Origin: Centroscyllium fabricii
Lineage: Eukaryota
NCBI GenBank assembly: GCA_051313645.2
Contig: JBNRSN020000011.1
Location: forward strand, 64,480,001 to 64,544,000
Direction: 5' to 3'
Length of the DNA: 64,000 nucleotides
In this document: in pieces, positions 61,500 to 64,000 of the stretch
Layout: each line of letters opens with the position of its first letter
Numbering within the stretch: position 1 is the first letter of the stretch
Notes under the pieces: generated by a model
What the model was told of the DNA's origin: nothing
Databases searched by the model: none
Seen by the model: only the letters and a program-made list of their open reading frames with translations
Position numbers and translations under genes: made by a program

Positions 61500-62055
61500 G
61501 GCTAAACAGGAATTGGGGAGGTGCATTTGGAGATAGTTGTTGAGGCTTTGTCACAAGGTGGAAGGGAGGTCTGGGGTGGAATAACTGAAGGCTCTGCCAC
61601 CAATGTAGTGGAAGGTAGTAGGGACGTAAAGTAGGCCAATGTCAGAAAATCAAAGGGTGCGAGCCGAGTATGGGTCTTGAGAAAGATGCAGGAGCCGAGT
61701 GGAGAAAGGCCATGGAGGGATTCGTAGACTAGCATGAGAATTTTGTAATTGTTGTGTGAGCGCATGGGGAGCCTGAGTATGTTGCTGAGACTGCGGTGAT
61801 AAGTGAGGACTTTATGCGAGATAGGAAGTGAGTGATGGTGCACTTGATGAGTTGGAACTTGTGGAAGGTGGCACTTTGGAGGCTGGCAGGGAGGGAGTTA
61901 AAGTTGTCAAAAGCTGGAGTTTCGGGGGCAGTGGGCGTAAAGGTAGCGGTGAAGGAATTCGATATTGGACAGGCGGAAGTAGATGGTGTTGCTGGTGTGG
62001 AGGATGAAGTTTGAAGCTCCGTTCAGGGTCAGATGGGATACGAAGGTTGCATGTT
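61500..62055 (-). mobile_element. Old L2 LINE 3' fragment
   Basis: Degenerate YKILMLVYESLHGLSP motif and L2-like C-terminal sequence. Confidence 0.7.
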
Positions 62056-64000
62056 TTAGCTGAGGTCACTGGATAATAATCAGGAACAGGAGTACAGGGT
62101 CTCATGACCTGTGTTGGAAAAAGTGTGTTTGTAGATGTTGGGTGAGGACCGGATTGGGCTTTTCCCCCCCACCCCCACACCTTCATGATGCTCGAATTGA
62201 ACTGCTGGCCAGCTGGGATCTCTGCCCTCGCATGAGAAATAGCCACTTGGGTGTGTTCCTGGAGGATGGTCAGCACCTAAAGTAGAGGGATGAAAATTGT
62301 AAAAAAAAAAGTGACTTCTCTTTATCCTCCCACCCTCCCATCAACTTGTCCGAGGCTGAGAATGCACCTCGAAGAACTATTCTGTGTTTCTATGCCTCGT
62401 GTCTAACTGGCTTGGGGGAAGTAGGCAGTAGAAGCCTCTTTTAACCCTTTTTCTTTCTCTTTCTACCCTGTCCCCCAGCAAATGGCCAGTGTCTTTTTAT
62501 TGGGGGTGGGTGGGGGGGGGGGGGGGGGGGGTGAAATCCTGGCATTAAAAGAAATACTAATTACAAATGTTTAGCCAGCATTTAATTTGTTCATATTTTC
62601 AGAAATACTGATGCAAGCTATGGAATACATTTAAAAAATCAACTTTTCAAACAGAATCTAGAAATAGTGACCCTCTGTTACAACAGCCAGTGCCAACAGA
62701 ATATATTCTATTTTGAGCAGAGCTAGTGAGAGTGACAGAATTAGAAGGTGGAACACAAACCCGGAGACAGTTAACAGGAGGGCGACAGGCACCGGTTTCT
62801 TTTACTCTGTGAACAGTGTCATGAGAGGTTGTAAAATTGTTAATATTCTGTAACTGTAAGGGGAGATGTGAGTGAGCAGATGAATTCCGTACCCAGCAGT
62901 CCCTAAGTTTTACATCTTTAGAATAAACTTGGAAGCAAACCCCTGCAGAATTAAATTTGCTTTCATAACTTTGGTTTCACATTTCTAGCGAAGTACACGT
63001 TTCTGTCAGCCTTGGTGTGGTGCAGCCACTTCAGCACGTGTAAACACACATTGATAGTACAAGATAATATTACCTGAGCAACTGGCAGGTGGCTAGAGGA
63101 GAGCTAGGGTTTCTTTCGATCACCATTTTGGGAGGTTGCGGCTCTTAGTTATGCATTTCTTTTGGCTCGGCCCCTCTTTCCTTTCGGTTCAGAGCTGACA
63201 TTCTCCAAGCATAATGTTGCAGTCTGCAGGACGGGGCTCCAAGTTTCCTCCGATTTTGTTTTGTGCTTGCTTTCTTTTTCTCTGTTGTTTATTCCTCCTT
63301 CCCCCCCCCCCCCCCCCCCACCCTGCCCGACCGATGAGCACTGGTTCTCATCTGCTGTCTGAAGTTGATCCTAAGTTAATAGACGGCAGTTTTTTTTAAA
63401 TGCAAGCACCAGAGGTGATTTGGAAAAAGCCTCACTGAAGTGCCGTGTGACCACAGCGGCAAATGAAAGCGTGGGCGCAGAAACTTCACACTCGGTTTGG
63501 GCTTTTCCTTCTGTAGTCAGTCAGGCAGGTCTCTACTGCAGTTAGCTGGTGGATTTAACAATGAATTTGTACCCCCTTGTTCTCAGGCTGTCTCTGAACC
63601 CCTATCAGTAACATTTTTTGAGTGAATTTAAAATCACATGGTTTTTGCAGCTGTATTCTTGAGTCTAAAGAGGTATATCTATCTGACTGCTGGCTGGGTG
63701 TCTTTAATTTGCTGTGTTCAACTGTTTTCCAATTGTGAGTGATTTTATTTTTTGAGAGGGAGTTGATTCTAACTAGTAAACTATTACTTGAGTAAAGTTG
63801 CTTCCAAATCTCTTTTTTGCTTTTAAAGCAGTTTCTTTACTTGATCTTTCAAACTGCCCACAATCACGCAAAAGAAACCCTGCCCTTTTTTTGTGACATC
63901 CTGATGTAAAGGACCTGGATCCAAATCGGAACATTCTCTTTCCATTTTTTTCTAACTTTCTACAGACCAAGAGTTTAAATAGACTGATCCATATGAACAT

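Larger units (their letters stand above)
37044..64000 (+). other. SSBP3: SSBP3 intron 4 (more than 27 kb, continues beyond the window)
   Basis: No exon encoding the expected SAAAAPSP continuation was recognised. Confidence 0.8.

Overview
Vertebrate genomic DNA, most likely a shark or other elasmobranch (HE1/V-SINE-type SINEs, CR1, L2 and Rex1 LINEs, DeuSINE-like relics). The only host gene recognised is SSBP3 on the + strand: CpG-island promoter at about 31.1-31.9 kb, coding exons 1-4 (31571-37043, 92 codons, LisH/LUFS domain), then a very large intron 4 running off the window end. The left half holds two distinct, defective minus-strand Ty3/Gypsy LTR retrotransposons (1-4252, truncated by the window edge; 14755-19309, both LTRs present), a 1.35 kb GC-rich minisatellite, CR1 fragments and a fossil KIAA1586-like hAT transposase. 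Most notable observations: (1) both Gypsy families lack a tRNA primer-binding site; instead the PBS-position sequence is complementary to the poly(A)-signal segment of their own LTR, with different sequences but conserved pairing in the two families plus a U5-end hairpin, suggesting self-priming and/or poly(A)-signal occlusion; (2) an inverted integrase duplication inside the second element; (3) a minimal hammerhead ribozyme in a Penelope-like insertion; (4) a Tigger/pogo-like MITE family packed with NRF1- and YY1-like motifs; (5) a ~135 bp long-range inverted repeat in SSBP3 intron 4. All alignments were done by eye; family names come from recalled motifs, not database searches.
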